Origin: Rhodospirillales bacterium
Lineage (GTDB): Bacteria > Pseudomonadota > Alphaproteobacteria > Bin95
Length of the DNA stretch: 64,000 bases
Direction: 5' to 3'
NCBI GenBank assembly: GCA_038143065.1
Contig: JAYQLI010000035.1
Coordinates: 800,001 to 864,000 of the forward strand
The notes under the pieces are model-generated. The model saw only the letters and a list, made by a program, of their open reading frames with translations. It had not been told where the DNA came from and made no database searches. Each line of letters starts with the position of its first letter. Position 1 is the stretch's first letter. The position numbers and the translations under genes were made by a program. This document shows, piece after piece, positions 62,525-64,000 of the stretch.

Positions 62525-63950
62525 ATGTCCAAGGACACGCCGATCAAAATTATTGAAGAACTTTCTGCGGCACTCGGACCTGGAGGCTGGATCGATGGCG
62601 AAAGCGATGACGCTGCTCAATATCTCACTGACTGGTCAGGAGCTTTCACTGGGAAGGCAATTGGCATAGCCAGACCTGCCAATGTGGCAGAGGTTCAAGC
62701 TGTTCTAAAATTAGCTAAAAAACATAGCCTTAGCGTTATTCCGCAAGGCGGCCACACCGGACTTGTTGGTGGGGGCACACCTTTTAACGATGGTAACGTA
62801 ATAGTACTGAGCCTAAGGCGGATGAATAAAATTCGAAAAATTGATCCTTCCAATTACACCTTAGTGGTAGAGGCTGGAGCTATATTGCAGGAAGTCCAGG
62901 AGGCAGCTATTGCCCATGACCGGTTTTTTCCACTCTCCCTTGGGGCTGAAGGCAGTTGTACCATAGGCGGCAATCTTTCAACGAATGCTGGTGGCGTTAA
63001 TGTAATACGCTACGGCAATGCCCGTGAATTAGTTCTAGGCCTAGAAGTGGTTTTACCAGATGGGGAAATCTGGGATGGATTGAGAACGCTGAGAAAAGAC
63101 AATACTGGATATCACCTAAAACATCTTTTTCTTGGTGCAGAGGGGACCTTAGGCGTTATTACCGCCGCTGCGCTTAAGCTTTTTCCAAAACCAATGCGAA
63201 CAGCGGCTGCTTGGGTTGCAACTCCTTCGGTTAAAGATGCACTCGCTGTATTAGAAATAGCTCGTAATGAAACGGGTGACTCGATAGAAACTTCAGAACT
63301 TATTACACGCCGCGTTGTAGATGTTGTTGTCAGCCAAATGGACGGAGTTCGGGATCCAATGCCTGATGCTTCACCGTTTTATATTCTCATGGAGGCATCC
63401 ACCACTCGAAAAGCAGAAACGGGCGAAACCCCACAAAACATGCTCGAAAATGCTCTCGCTCAAGCAATTGAAGCAGGTCATGCAACTGACGCAATAATTG
63501 CGCAATCAGATCAGCAGCGGACTGATTTTTGGAAAATTCGAGAATCATCGCCAGAAGCTATGCGGCGTTTGGGAAAGCCACGTATTACTTGGGATGTAAC
63601 TCTTCCAATTTCAGATCTTCCAGACTTCTATGCTGCAGCAGAGAAACGAATGTCAGAAGTTGCTCCCGATGTAACTTTTCAAGGGTTTGGCCACATGGGT
63701 GATGGAAACCTGCACTATGCTGCGTACGGGGATAGAGTTCGAGAGATTAAATCGGTTCTGGTTAAAACACTCTATGATTTAGTGGCTGATTTTGAAGGTT
63801 CCTTTCTCCGCTGAACACGGCATTGGACAAAAACGAACTGAGGAACTCGAACGATATAAGTCCCCCGTTGAATATAAACTTATGCAAACTCTAAAGAACG
63901 CTCTTGATCCAGATGGTAGAATGAATCCGGGAAAGGTTTTACACGTTTAA
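62525..63950 (+). CDS. FAD-linked oxidoreductase, GlcD/D-2-hydroxyacid dehydrogenase family, frameshift at ~63808
   Basis: PQGGHTGLVGG; TIGGNLSTNAGG; LRKDNTGY; GAEGTLG; FGHMGDGNLH; SAEHGIG; MNPGK. Confidence 0.92.
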
Positions 63951-64000
63951 CCCTGTCAATAATTTAATCTTCACGTTTCAGTCTATCTAAAAGCTCATTC

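Overview
Marine-type alphaproteobacterial genomic window, apparently from an error-prone long-read assembly: many genes are split by single-base indels, most densely in the first 17 kb. (1) 1-17.1 kb is an AT-richer surface-polysaccharide island. It holds three GT4 glycosyltransferases, a polysaccharide pyruvyl transferase, a Wzy-like protein, a radical SAM protein, manC, manB, galU, a Wzz/Wzc-like co-polymerase and wza. By joining frames by hand I also found two tandem Fe(II)/2-oxoglutarate dioxygenase genes, present in the ORF track only as unrecognisable fragments, and a decayed rfaH/marR-EPS regulator pair. (2) An abrupt junction falls inside the 3' end of glnK at about 17.55 kb. (3) The core chromosome carries amtB-glnK with NtrC-like boxes, an amidase, a LexA-boxed imuA-imuB-dnaE2 cassette, an SDR, xseB-ispA-dxs-tlyA-rlmD, phoR-pstSCAB-phoU-phoB with a Pho box, maeB, esterase/cytochrome c/TauD, CobW plus a cyclic amidohydrolase, pcm-tolC-popZ-valS, tRNA-Cys and tRNA-Asn. 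(4) 53.6-64 kb is an uncharacterised catabolic cluster: Rieske oxygenase, PuuE-like hydrolase, LLM monooxygenase, two MmgE/PrpD proteins, a PaaK-like CoA ligase, an amidase and a GlcD-like FAD oxidoreductase. I saw no CRISPR array, integrase or transposase. Ends of frameshifted genes are approximate, and all family calls rest on motif recognition by eye, not database searches.
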